Assembly (NCBI GenBank): GCA_937900075.1
Contig: CALCCZ010000079.1
Coordinates: 1 to 61,230, forward strand
Reading direction: 5' to 3'
From: an uncultured Lentisphaeria bacterium
GTDB lineage: Bacteria; Verrucomicrobiota; Lentisphaeria; Victivallales; UBA1829
Length of the DNA stretch: 61,230 bases
In this document: piece by piece, positions 28,601 through 37,533 of the stretch
How the letters are laid out: the number at the start of each line of letters is the position of its first letter
Position numbering within the stretch: the stretch's first letter is position 1
The notes under the pieces: model-generated
Database searches by the model: none
What the model was told of the DNA's origin: nothing
The model's input: the letters and a program-made list of their open reading frames with translations, nothing else
Program-made: the position numbers and the translations under genes

Positions 28601-30011
28601 TATGATGTGGATGGAAAACGAAGCAAACCGCGGTTTGGATCCGCATTCCGACCTGTACAGTCCCGGTTCCTTCAAATTTCAACTCGGCGGCAATGATTGT
28701 GTCAATATACTCGGTGAGGTTCTGGGCAGCTCGCAGGAGGAACGCTGTCCCTTCCCGAAAGAACGCATAGAACTGGAAAAACCGATGAATCCCGCCATTG
28801 AACATGCCGCATTATACTCTCTGGGACAGTTTGTTGTCAAACGCGATGACCTGAAAACCGTAATTGCCGGTTATCCATGGTTCCTGGATTGGGGACGTGA
28901 TACGCTGATTGCCGTACGCGGATTGATTGCTGCCGGATGTTACAGAGATGATGTCAGAAAAATTCTGCTCCAGTTTGCTAAATTCGAAAAAGACGGCACA
29001 ATTCCCAATATGATTTCCGGGGCCAATGCGGACAACCGCGATACCACCGATGCACCCCTGTGGCTCTTTACGGCAACCGCGGATTTCTGCCGTACCGAGG
29101 GCAATTACAGTTTCCTGGATACAGTCGTCCGCAAAAAAGAAACATTCCGCGATGTCCTGGGACAACTTGCCCGGAATCTTATCAAGGGAACCCCCAATGG
29201 TATTCTCTGCGATAAGGACAGCATGCTGTTGTTCAGTCCCCCGCATTTCACCTGGATGGATACAAACTATCCCGCAGGAACCCCCCGCGAGGGATACCCC
29301 ATTGAAATTCAAGCTCTCTGGTTTGCTACCCTTTCTTTCCTTTCGGAAATTTCACAGACCGCGGAGGAAGCAGCTTATTGGAAGGATATCGCTGAAAAAG
29401 TACAGACGTCCATTCAAAAATTCTTTACTCTGCCAAACTGCAAATATCTTTCAGACTGCCTTCACTGCAAATCCGGAACACCGGCTGCCAAGGCGATTGC
29501 CGATGACCACCTGCGTCCAAACCAGTTGCTGGCGATTACTCTGGGCGCAGTAACAGACCAAAAAGTCTGCGCCGGTATCCTCGACGAATGTGCTTCACTT
29601 CTGGTGCCGGGTGCCATCCGCTCCCTTGCCGACCGCGATACAAAATACAAACTGCCGGTTTATGCTGCGGACGGGCGTTTACTGAATCAACCGGATCATC
29701 CGTATTTCGGCACATACGAAGGGGATGAGGACACCCGCCGGAAACCCGCCTATCATAATGGTACGGCATGGACCTGGCAATTCCCCCTGTATCCCGAAGC
29801 ATATTGTCTGACTTGGGGCGAATTCGGAAAGGAAACGGCAAAAGCTTATTTGTCTTCAATGGTTCTGAAAATGGATAGCGGATGCGTTATGCAGCTCCCG
29901 GAAATCATTGACGGCGATGCCCCTCACACGGGCCGCGGCTGTGATGCTCAGGCGTGGGGTATGTCCGAATTTTACAGAGTCTGGAAATTGCTGCATAAAC
30001 CGGTCCGGTAA
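25683..30011 (+). CDS. Eukaryote-type glycogen debranching enzyme (GH13-like 4-alpha-glucanotransferase domain + C-terminal amylo-alpha-1,6-glucosidase GDE_C domain), about 1440 aa
   Basis: N-terminal half carries the GH13 conserved regions LDIAINHTGW, GFRCDAGYMIP, IFLLEGLGGD and HYAETHDNNRLAS. The C-terminal half has the GDE_C hallmark GYPWFLDWGRDTLIA and an (alpha/alpha)6-like region. The ATG at 25683 is preferred over the upstream TTG. Confidence 0.7.
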   Translation: MIKFKQFPEPGRHLLRYSGDTLEIRIYGELGLTDGQAFISTNIGNATIRRNEIIEETEERITAAGGDWIDIPMERVDDYTFAIRFALTEPGHFECKCSFVPQDGTEPVWAEGDNLHINVKPAAYCARNSVYCAFVRQFGQNKNRKKSELPEGITREELIKFDDNGYALIPESGTFRDLIGELDHIVNTLQCRIIHLLPVNPVPTVYGRMGRYGSPYASLDFTGIDPALAEFDKKATPLDQFIELADAVHQRDAKLFLDIAINHTGWAAKLHEQHPDWLVHEPDGTIHSPGAWGVVWGDLTELDHSKRDLWEYLADMFLTWCIRGVDGFRCDAGYMIPCEAWTYIIARVRKEYPETIFLLEGLGGDAAVTRQLLDMANMDWAYSELFQNYSREQIEGYLQYAWRESSSNGVMIHYAETHDNNRLASVSTTYASMRTALAALSSVSGAFGFANGVEWFAEEKIDVHESSALNWGSEINQIPLIRRLNLLSGTHPAFQAGAMLSVIPSNCNHAVVFSRIDANNMHPVTVSVNLDIHHSANIEWSNSYTPEMAAQEYAVDLISGKRQTLIHTPDGKVRIILPAGKFVCLSVDKRWLDLLNKSEKNTTLAIDHLTRQAAKAMVLRLIVNHNRTAVVPRDDFDPEEWADMLLRSPEDFFRSFADGYSCRGVVVWHWPEDCRREVMIPPGHAILAVAPYRFRCLIKDEKGVVIARAIALKDNSGRYFALIPPPESVKKHRYLSFLIRVYKPDCPSACFSTSGLFQLPPDIEEADVDFNRNEIYNRNRVFLQSNGCGAIIHQQMEMEKLSSRYDAILLANLNKNYPEDRYISWRRMRIWIVWHARRQELKHEQLHSFHVAEDGGGVWDYLVPIGNGLFVRLCIKMRIIPGKNAVAVTLLRYSAEGMSKRLADNAAIQIIIRPDIEDRNFHCCTKAAAGPEQNWPGKIVEKTRGFEFHAAPDRILSIRASHGTFKRKDAWIYMMWMENEANRGLDPHSDLYSPGSFKFQLGGNDCVNILGEVLGSSQEERCPFPKERIELEKPMNPAIEHAALYSLGQFVVKRDDLKTVIAGYPWFLDWGRDTLIAVRGLIAAGCYRDDVRKILLQFAKFEKDGTIPNMISGANADNRDTTDAPLWLFTATADFCRTEGNYSFLDTVVRKKETFRDVLGQLARNLIKGTPNGILCDKDSMLLFSPPHFTWMDTNYPAGTPREGYPIEIQALWFATLSFLSEISQTAEEAAYWKDIAEKVQTSIQKFFTLPNCKYLSDCLHCKSGTPAAKAIADDHLRPNQLLAITLGAVTDQKVCAGILDECASLLVPGAIRSLADRDTKYKLPVYAADGRLLNQPDHPYFGTYEGDEDTRRKPAYHNGTAWTWQFPLYPEAYCLTWGEFGKETAKAYLSSMVLKMDSGCVMQLPEIIDGDAPHTGRGCDAQAWGMSEFYRVWKLLHKPVR

Positions 30012-30017
30012 AAAATA

Positions 30018-31463
30018 ATGACCCGCAGATATATCCCCTATTCCATCCCTCCGGAACAGTACTGCTCTGACTTCCCCTTCAACAACCGGATTGTGTTGAA
30101 AGAGCTTGCCCGGGGAATGGAGCTCCCTCCTGTCCGGACGATAGAGTCCATCGGGGCAAATTCCAACGGCAATCTCGTCCTGCATGGCGATTGTATTTCC
30201 GCCTGCGCTTTTCTGAAAGAACGCAATATTGCCGTGGATCTCGTCTATATCGACCCGCCTTTCGCCTCCGGAGCGGATTATGAGAAAAAAATTCATATCC
30301 GCCCGACAATGTCACATGCCGATAGCGGTTGTTTTTTCCGGGAAACAGAATACGAAGACGTCTGGGGCAAAAAGGAATACCTGTCATGGATGTATAAAAA
30401 TCTCTGTGCCATCAAGTCTGTAATGAGCGGAAATGCCTCTATTTTCATCCATTTGGACCGCCATGCGGGTCACTATGTAAAAATACTCCTGGATTATCTC
30501 TTCGGAGAAGATAATTTCCAAAATGAAATCATTTGGCACTACCGGACAGGCGGACGGACCGAAAAACATTTCGCTCGGAAACATGATACCATTTTCTGGT
30601 ACACAATGAACCCGGAAAACTATGTATTCCACCCGGAAGCAGTCAGTGAATACCGCGGCGCCCAAAAACGGAATAATATGAAAAAAGTCACCGGAGAGGA
30701 TGGCAGAGTCTATTATTCCATCCATTCCGCCGGAAAGGAATACCGGTATTACGAAGATGATAAAATCATCCCGGACGATGTTTGGGATATCCCCCATATC
30801 CAGCAGAAAGCCCCGGAACGCACTGGATACGCTACGCAAAAACCTGCCGCCCTGCTGGAAAGAATCATCATGGCTTGTTCCGAGCCAGGTATGACTGTCG
30901 CTGATTTTTTCGGCGGCAGCGGCGTAACCGCAGCCGTCGCAGGGCTTGCCGGACGGCATTTCATTCATGGCGATGCGGGATTCCACTCCATCCAGACTGT
31001 GCGCGACCGTCTGGTTTCGGATAAACAGAGTTTCGATATTCTGTCCCTGCATAAAACGGATGTCCCCCCGGCCCGCGATCATGCCGAGTTTTCCTTGCGG
31101 CAGACAAACGGGGTATTTCAGATAACAATCCGGAAATTCGACAGTCTTTCCGTACGGGAAAAAATCAATATTCTCCGGGGAAAAAAGGACGGAACCGGAG
31201 ATAAAATCCCGGATGACGGCTCAAATCTCGGTTGGATTGAATTCGTTTCCGCAGATTGTACGGCAGCAGAGGGCACCTGGCATTCCGACAGCGAAATCCG
31301 TATGGAAAACAACGGCTCAACAATCATAAATGGTGTTAAGAGCAAAAATCTTTGGAATGGAACGATTTCCACCATGCAGACTCCGCTGCGCCTGAAAATC
31401 CGGAATATCTGCGGCGGTGAAACGATATTCCCCCTGCCCCGGATTATCGTTCCCGGTCAATGA
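30018..31463 (+). CDS. DNA methyltransferase, N6-adenine/N4-cytosine family (beta-class motif order) with about 150-aa C-terminal extension of unknown function
   Basis: Motif IV LVYIDPPFASGADY precedes motif I DFFGGSGVTAAVA, with the ATQKP motif between them (pfam N6_N4_Mtase-like). It starts 7 nt after the debranching-enzyme stop. No restriction endonuclease gene is adjacent. Confidence 0.75.
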   Translation: MTRRYIPYSIPPEQYCSDFPFNNRIVLKELARGMELPPVRTIESIGANSNGNLVLHGDCISACAFLKERNIAVDLVYIDPPFASGADYEKKIHIRPTMSHADSGCFFRETEYEDVWGKKEYLSWMYKNLCAIKSVMSGNASIFIHLDRHAGHYVKILLDYLFGEDNFQNEIIWHYRTGGRTEKHFARKHDTIFWYTMNPENYVFHPEAVSEYRGAQKRNNMKKVTGEDGRVYYSIHSAGKEYRYYEDDKIIPDDVWDIPHIQQKAPERTGYATQKPAALLERIIMACSEPGMTVADFFGGSGVTAAVAGLAGRHFIHGDAGFHSIQTVRDRLVSDKQSFDILSLHKTDVPPARDHAEFSLRQTNGVFQITIRKFDSLSVREKINILRGKKDGTGDKIPDDGSNLGWIEFVSADCTAAEGTWHSDSEIRMENNGSTIINGVKSKNLWNGTISTMQTPLRLKIRNICGGETIFPLPRIIVPGQ

Positions 31464-34078
31464 CGGATTCCACTCTTTTCTTCCCGCATCAAAAATCCTG
31501 ACAGAATTTTACCGACAGTACCCGCCGCCAATACCGCTATGGCAAGAATACCGCAGACACACCAGCCCCGGAATCCCAATGGTACAACACTGAGAGTTTC
31601 TCCCCCAAATGTCACGAACAAAAACTGCATAACAAAAATGGACCCCATAATGACGAGAAAATGGATATTGCTGAACAAACCGGAAAACGGATTCAAATGC
31701 GATGTCCTTACATGGAAACCATTCAGGGTAATGGACATCATAAAAGTCGCAAATACCGCTGTCCGGAGATAAAGAAGGTCGGTCGTTCCGAAAAGTCTCT
31801 GCAAGGGCGCAAAAAAGAGAATCCCCAGACAAAATACGGTAATCACAAAAGCAGCTGTCAAAATTTCAAAAAACATCGGGACATTGACAATATGCGCGGA
31901 ACGCGGAACGGGACGTTCTCTCATGTATTCCTTTGACACCGGCTCGCTGCCGTAGGCTATGGCTGCCAGAGTATCCATGACAAGATTGACAAATAACAAC
32001 TGAATAACCGTCATCACAATGTTGATTCCAAACAGCGGTCCCAGAAAACAGACGGCTACTGCCGCTACATTGACCGAAAGCTGAAATACCAGAAATTTGC
32101 GGATATTCTTGAACATTGTCCTGCCGTAGAGAATCGCCTTTTCTATGGATGAAAAATTGTTGTCCAAAATGATAATGTCGCCCGCCTCTTTCGCTACTTC
32201 CGTACCGCTCCCCATCGCAAAGCCGACATCTGCCTTCTTCAATGCCGGCGCATCATTGACTCCGTCTCCGGTCATCCCGACAACGAGATTCAGTTCCTGG
32301 GCTACCCGCACCAGCCGGCTCTTGTCGGTTGGCAAAGCCCGCGCAATCACACGCAGATGCGGCAGCAGAATTTTCAGTTTTTCATCCTCCATTTCTGCAA
32401 GATCCGAGGATGTCAGAATTAAGTCCTCTGACGAACTCAACAGTTTTGTTTCCCGGGCAACAGCCGCCGCCGTTTCTTTCCGGTCCCCGGTAATCATCAC
32501 AACCTGTATTCCGGCATTCTGTACTTCCTCAATAGCGGAAACCGCTTCTTTCCGGACATTATCCCGAATGCATAAAACACAGACAAGCGCATATTCCGGT
32601 GCGCACTCCTCTTTCCGTGCAACCGCTATCAGCCGTATAGAACGGGCAGCGCGTTCATCCAACAGCCCACGGAAGCTGTCTTTTTCACAAAATGGCTGAA
32701 CTTGACCGTTTTCATCCAAACGGAACGGGCACTTTTCCAGAATTTTTTCCGGTGCGCCCTTGATGAAAGAAACGGTTCCGGAATCCGTTTTAACGGTCGC
32801 GGAGGAGTATTTTTTGAAAGAATCAAAAGGTTCGAAAGCAACCAGCGAACTTTTTTCAATGGTATTGGCAAGATTTTCATTTACAAGAAATGCAATCAGA
32901 GCGCGGTCCGTACTGTTTCCGCCGACTATACTTTCTCCGCTGTAAACGGCACTGTTATTGAGACCGATACCGGCGAGAATTGTATCTTTCATCGCAGCAG
33001 AAAGCGTTTTCAGCGCAGTATGGGACTCACCATGCCCCAACAGAATTTCCGTCACGCCGAGTTTCCCCTCCGTAATCGTTCCCGTCTTGTCGCAAAACAG
33101 CAAATTAAGACTGCCTGCCGTTTCCAGACCATTGATCTTGCGTACCAGCACATTGTCCTTCGCCATTCTCATACTCTGCAAAGACAACAGGAGAGATGTC
33201 AGCATCGGCAAACCTTCCGGAACAGCACAGACGATAATGGTAACGGCAACCGTTGCGGCATTGACAATTAACCGGATCCAGGCGGATAAACCGTTGATTT
33301 CCGCACCCGATAAAATTGTTTTCAGGAGAATAGCGGAAATGATGGCACCGGCTCCAATGTAACCGAAAAGAGAGATCTGTTTCGCAAGGATATTCAATTT
33401 CACTTGCAGGGGCGTAGAGCGGGTATTTTCCTGTAACTGGAGCGCAAGTTGTCCGAACAGAGTCTTGTCACCCACTTTTTTGACCTCTGCGTATGCCTCC
33501 CCGCTGCACACAACCGTACCGCGGTAAATCCCGTATGGATTCAATAAATCACGCTCATCGTAGGATTCCGTAACATGCGCCCGCTTTTCCGCTTCTTCCG
33601 TCTCCCCGTTCAAGGTCGCCTGATCAACACTGAGTGTGCCGGACACAACTTCCGCGTCGGCGGATATTTTATCGCCCGCCTGCAAAAACAGAATATCATG
33701 AACAACTATTTGAGAGACCGGGAGTTCTGTCAGAACTCCGTCACGGAAAACTTTTGCCAGTTCCCCGGCTTCTTTCTCCTCTTTCAGCGCTTTTGCCTTG
33801 CGCGCCTGGCGGTGGGCACTGAACGAAGCAACGCCATTGGCTATGAGAATCGCAACCAGCACACCGGCGGGTTCATACCATTCAGCCAAATGAAAAAGGA
33901 ACATCAACGTCTGAATGACAAGTGCCGCACACAAAATGAGAATCATGGGGTCGGTAAAACCAAGCAGGACGCGTTTCCAAAGGGGACAGGACGGCAATTC
34001 AGACAAACGATTGGAACCGTATTTACGGCGGTTTTCTTCCGCAGCCGCCGATGTCAGGCCTATCGTTTTCATGTTCAA
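31457..34078 (-). CDS. P-type ATPase, Ca2+-transporting (type IIA-like)
   Basis: Phosphorylation motif CDKTGTITEG, hinge MITGDRKETA and GDGVNDAPALKKADVGFAMG. Ten predicted TM segments. The N-terminal cation-ATPase-N region reads SAAAEENRRKYGSNRLSE. Confidence 0.8.
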   Translation of the reverse strand: MNMKTIGLTSAAAEENRRKYGSNRLSELPSCPLWKRVLLGFTDPMILILCAALVIQTLMFLFHLAEWYEPAGVLVAILIANGVASFSAHRQARKAKALKEEKEAGELAKVFRDGVLTELPVSQIVVHDILFLQAGDKISADAEVVSGTLSVDQATLNGETEEAEKRAHVTESYDERDLLNPYGIYRGTVVCSGEAYAEVKKVGDKTLFGQLALQLQENTRSTPLQVKLNILAKQISLFGYIGAGAIISAILLKTILSGAEINGLSAWIRLIVNAATVAVTIIVCAVPEGLPMLTSLLLSLQSMRMAKDNVLVRKINGLETAGSLNLLFCDKTGTITEGKLGVTEILLGHGESHTALKTLSAAMKDTILAGIGLNNSAVYSGESIVGGNSTDRALIAFLVNENLANTIEKSSLVAFEPFDSFKKYSSATVKTDSGTVSFIKGAPEKILEKCPFRLDENGQVQPFCEKDSFRGLLDERAARSIRLIAVARKEECAPEYALVCVLCIRDNVRKEAVSAIEEVQNAGIQVVMITGDRKETAAAVARETKLLSSSEDLILTSSDLAEMEDEKLKILLPHLRVIARALPTDKSRLVRVAQELNLVVGMTGDGVNDAPALKKADVGFAMGSGTEVAKEAGDIIILDNNFSSIEKAILYGRTMFKNIRKFLVFQLSVNVAAVAVCFLGPLFGINIVMTVIQLLFVNLVMDTLAAIAYGSEPVSKEYMRERPVPRSAHIVNVPMFFEILTAAFVITVFCLGILFFAPLQRLFGTTDLLYLRTAVFATFMMSITLNGFHVRTSHLNPFSGLFSNIHFLVIMGSIFVMQFLFVTFGGETLSVVPLGFRGWCVCGILAIAVLAAGTVGKILSGFLMREEKSGIRH

Positions 34079-34902
34079 TTTATGCCACGGCTCTTGCAGA
34101 TTTGCTTGTAAGCCTCATTGACACGCCGTGTCTCTTCCGTAGCAAACCGGATAAACGCTTCCGAAAGATTTTTCCCCTGAATTTTGTCAGGATGAAATTC
34201 CAGCGTCTTCTTGTGCCATGCTTTCTTCACTTCCGAATCCGTCGCAGTAGAGGGAATGCCAAGTATTTTGTAGGATTCCTCCAGAGGATCCGTTTGAGTG
34301 GAATAAGAATAGTCGCCAGACTGATGATTACCTGTATTCTCCTCTTCCCTGAAAATTCTGTCCACATAACCGGGAAGATGCAGAACCGATTCCGCAACAC
34401 GCAAAAATTGTATTTCATCCGGCGTAATATTGTCATCTGCCGTAACGATACAGCAGAAGATATTCATCACATCTTCGCACGATTCCCGGGGAAGCATCCG
34501 TGAAAGCTGTTGGACAAGCGAACGGAACGACTCTGAGGAGTTCCGCCCGGCAGTAAAAGCCTCAATCAGACGTCTCCGCTGAAGTGCTGAAACTTTTGAA
34601 TCATCCAGAACTTTTTTTGCAAAATCCGCTTCCTCTCTGGATATCACGCCATCGGATTTCGCCAATTTTCCCATACACTTGAAAATGAGTTCCCCACAAT
34701 CCATATAGTTTTCGCTGTTTTTAAAACTCCGACTATAAGAGCCATCCCCCTGCGACTGGCTGTCCCCTGCATTGGAAGCCGATTTCTTCTTGTCATCACC
34801 ATTTCCTAAAAACGCCCCAATCGTTCCACCGATAAAGGCACCTGTCCCGCCAGCGAACCATGACCCTACAATCGCGCCTAAAACAGCATATCCGAAACTC
34901 AT
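34075..34902 (-). CDS. djlA: DjlA-like co-chaperone (N-terminal TM, TerB-like domain, C-terminal J domain)
   Basis: C-terminal J-domain with HPD (SYKILGIPSTATDSEVKKAWHKKTLEFHPDK) and a Gly-rich N-terminal TM helix. AGGAGG RBS. Overlaps the ATPase start (ATGA). Confidence 0.65.
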   Translation of the reverse strand: MSFGYAVLGAIVGSWFAGGTGAFIGGTIGAFLGNGDDKKKSASNAGDSQSQGDGSYSRSFKNSENYMDCGELIFKCMGKLAKSDGVISREEADFAKKVLDDSKVSALQRRRLIEAFTAGRNSSESFRSLVQQLSRMLPRESCEDVMNIFCCIVTADDNITPDEIQFLRVAESVLHLPGYVDRIFREEENTGNHQSGDYSYSTQTDPLEESYKILGIPSTATDSEVKKAWHKKTLEFHPDKIQGKNLSEAFIRFATEETRRVNEAYKQICKSRGIN

Positions 34903-34964
34903 TTTTCAACCTCCTGTTACTCTTTATGACAACAATCCGCAAAATCCGCGAAAGAATATAAAAA

Positions 34965-35042
<78 letters not shown>

Positions 35043-35217
35043 AAAAATCAGTGCTCTATTAGTATATCACACAACACCGCAAAATTCAACGTAAAAGTAG
35101 AAAAAAACACAAAAAAACACAAATATCCCGTATCTTTTGGTAATCTTTCAGGGAATAACGGCCTGGTTACAAATTTCCTGACCGATTACGACTTGGGGAC
35201 GAAAGAAAATCACTCAT

Positions 35218-36036
35218 TCACGAAATCGTGACAACGTGAACAGACGCGGAATATTTCTTCTGCAAAAAATGTTCCGCCTGTTCCCGGAAAACAGCTGGAT
35301 AGTCCGTAACAAACAATTCTAAAGACCCCTTTGACGATTCATCGGCAGTCAGGCGGTTCTGTTCGAGAAAATGTTTTATCGTCATGGCAGCAGTATCCGC
35401 GCAATCAAGAATTTTTACCGAAGGCGGCAAGAATCCGGAAAGGGCATTTTTCAAGAGGGGATAATGAGTACACCCCAAGAGGACAGCATCCGGCGGATTG
35501 TTCAAAAGGTCATGCAGATAGAAATCAATAACGTTCTGCACGATGGGACCGGAAAAGAGTCCTTCTTCCACTACAGGAACAAAAAGTGGACAGGCAACTG
35601 AGCGGATTTTCAGTTCGGGACAGCGTTTGAGCAGAGCAGTCGGATAGGCTTCTGAAAGGATGGTGGCACGTGTACCGAGAATGGCAACAGACCTGGCACC
35701 CGACCGGATAACCGCATCTACTCCGGCATCTATCATGCCAAAGGTTCCTATGGCGGCAGCACGACTCCGGACCGCTGCCATGGCGTTTGCCGAAACCGTA
35801 TTACAGGCAACAACGATACACTTCACACCTTTCGTCAAAAGGAAATCAGTATCTTCACAGGCGAATCGGGTAATAATGGATTTGGAACGTCCGCCGTATG
35901 GAACCCGCGCCGTATCGCCGAGGTAAATAATCTGTTCAGAAGGCAAAATCCGTGCGAGAGCAGCTGCAATGGTCAACCCGCCCAATCCGGAATCGAATAC
36001 GCCGATGGGACACTGTGGAGAAACGGAGGACGGCAT
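35218..36036 (-). CDS. murI: Glutamate racemase
   Basis: VFDSGLGGLTIA, the catalytic Cys context VACNTVSA and GCTHYP. Confidence 0.85.
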   Translation of the reverse strand: MPSSVSPQCPIGVFDSGLGGLTIAAALARILPSEQIIYLGDTARVPYGGRSKSIITRFACEDTDFLLTKGVKCIVVACNTVSANAMAAVRSRAAAIGTFGMIDAGVDAVIRSGARSVAILGTRATILSEAYPTALLKRCPELKIRSVACPLFVPVVEEGLFSGPIVQNVIDFYLHDLLNNPPDAVLLGCTHYPLLKNALSGFLPPSVKILDCADTAAMTIKHFLEQNRLTADESSKGSLELFVTDYPAVFREQAEHFLQKKYSASVHVVTIS

Positions 36037-36039
36037 GAA

Positions 36040-37518
36040 TCATTCCTGAGGGGGCTCTAAATTCAGCATCACCGCAGTTTCGTTGCAGTTATCCCGAATA
36101 GGACACTGTTCACAGTCGCTCCAGATTTTTTCAGGGAACAGGGTTTTTTCAACTATTTTAAATCCGAAACGCTGAAAGAAATGTTCCCGGCAGGTAAGTG
36201 AAAAGATGCGGGCGGGGATTTTCCTGGCACGCAAATCGTCTATCTGACTTTGAACAAGTCTGGAGGCTATACCGTGATTCTGAAAGACCTTACTGACCGC
36301 TAAAGAACGGACCTCAAAAAGATTATTTCCGTAATCCCGCAGTGCTGCACAACCGGCGAACTGTCCATCCACCAATGCGACACGGAAAAATCCGATGCGT
36401 TCCAAGATATCCAGCTGGGGACGCGGCAAAACCAGTCTTTCCTCGGCAAAGAGACCCAGCAGGTCATGGATTTTCTGGACATCATTGATGCTGGCGGGAC
36501 GGATTGTCAATTCATTCCCGATACCGGAAACAATACCATCCTCGTTCGGTTGTGTTCTGGCAACCTTTGACATTCGCGGTTCCTTGTAGAACGCAATATT
36601 ACGGAAACGTTTGTACCGCTGCTCGCGCAACTGCTTCGGCGTCAGATCCTCCAAATCCTTCAATGCTTCTTCCAGGGCAACAGCAAGATTTTCTGCTGCC
36701 GCATCATAATCGGAATGGGCACCGCCCAGCGGTTCGGAAATGATATCATCAATCAGCCCCAGGCGTTTCAAATCGGTTGCAGTCAGATTCAATGCTGCAG
36801 CCGCCTTTTCGGAAAAAGCACGGTCCTTCCAGAGAATCGCAGCACAACCTTCCGGAGTGATAACCGAATAATAGGCATTTTCCATAAGCATAACCCTGTT
36901 GCCGACTCCAATTCCCAGAGCACCGCCGGAACCGCCTTCCCCAATCACAACACTGACGACAGGAATTTCCAAGGCAAACATATCCCGCAGATTGGCTGCA
37001 ATCGCCTCGCCGATATGACGTTCTTCGGACGCAACACCCGGGAAGGCACCCGGGGTATCAATAAGCGTCACTACCGGGACTCCTGCAGTCTGTGCCAACT
37101 GCATCAGCCGCAATGCTTTCCGATATCCTTCCGGATGCGGACAACCGAAATTGCGATAAACACTTTCCCGCGTATTCCGGCCTTTCTGTGTCCCGATAAC
37201 CATAACCGGACGACCGTTCAATTTGGCAAATCCGCCAACCATTGCCGGGTCATCGGCAAAGCGCCGGTCCCCGTGAAATTCAACAAAATCCGTAAAAATC
37301 CGTTCAATGTAATCCAATACATACGGACGATTGGGATGGCGAGCCAGTTGAACCCGTTGCCAGGGAGTCAGAGATTCATTTATTTTTTTGCGTGTCTCTG
37401 CGATTTTCTTTTTCAAAGCAGATACTTCTTTCGCCGGAACATTGGCAGCAATCATTTCCGCCAACTGAGCTTCCAGTTCCATTACAGGTTTTTCAAAGTC
37501 AAGAACGACATTTGGCAT
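36040..37518 (-). CDS. accA: Acetyl-CoA carboxylase carboxyltransferase alpha subunit fused to a C-terminal GNAT N-acetyltransferase domain (ArgA-like)
   Basis: The first 320 aa or so match AccA (FEKPVMELE..., GGFAKLNGRPVMVIGTQKG, PGAFPGVASEERHIGEAIA, GEGGSGGALG). The C-terminal 150 aa or so form a GNAT fold (FEVRSLAVSKVFQNHGIASRLV) ending in a CxxC-containing tail like short N-acetylglutamate synthases. Confidence 0.8.
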   Translation of the reverse strand: MPNVVLDFEKPVMELEAQLAEMIAANVPAKEVSALKKKIAETRKKINESLTPWQRVQLARHPNRPYVLDYIERIFTDFVEFHGDRRFADDPAMVGGFAKLNGRPVMVIGTQKGRNTRESVYRNFGCPHPEGYRKALRLMQLAQTAGVPVVTLIDTPGAFPGVASEERHIGEAIAANLRDMFALEIPVVSVVIGEGGSGGALGIGVGNRVMLMENAYYSVITPEGCAAILWKDRAFSEKAAAALNLTATDLKRLGLIDDIISEPLGGAHSDYDAAAENLAVALEEALKDLEDLTPKQLREQRYKRFRNIAFYKEPRMSKVARTQPNEDGIVSGIGNELTIRPASINDVQKIHDLLGLFAEERLVLPRPQLDILERIGFFRVALVDGQFAGCAALRDYGNNLFEVRSLAVSKVFQNHGIASRLVQSQIDDLRARKIPARIFSLTCREHFFQRFGFKIVEKTLFPEKIWSDCEQCPIRDNCNETAVMLNLEPPQE

Positions 37519-37533
37519 TTTGTCCGTCTCCCG

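Noticed and set aside
30018-31463. Restriction-modification system
   Set aside because: Only the methyltransferase is present. The flanking genes are a debranching enzyme and a Ca2+-ATPase. No candidate endonuclease ORF of 60 aa or more lies in the flanks, so it is treated as an orphan MTase.
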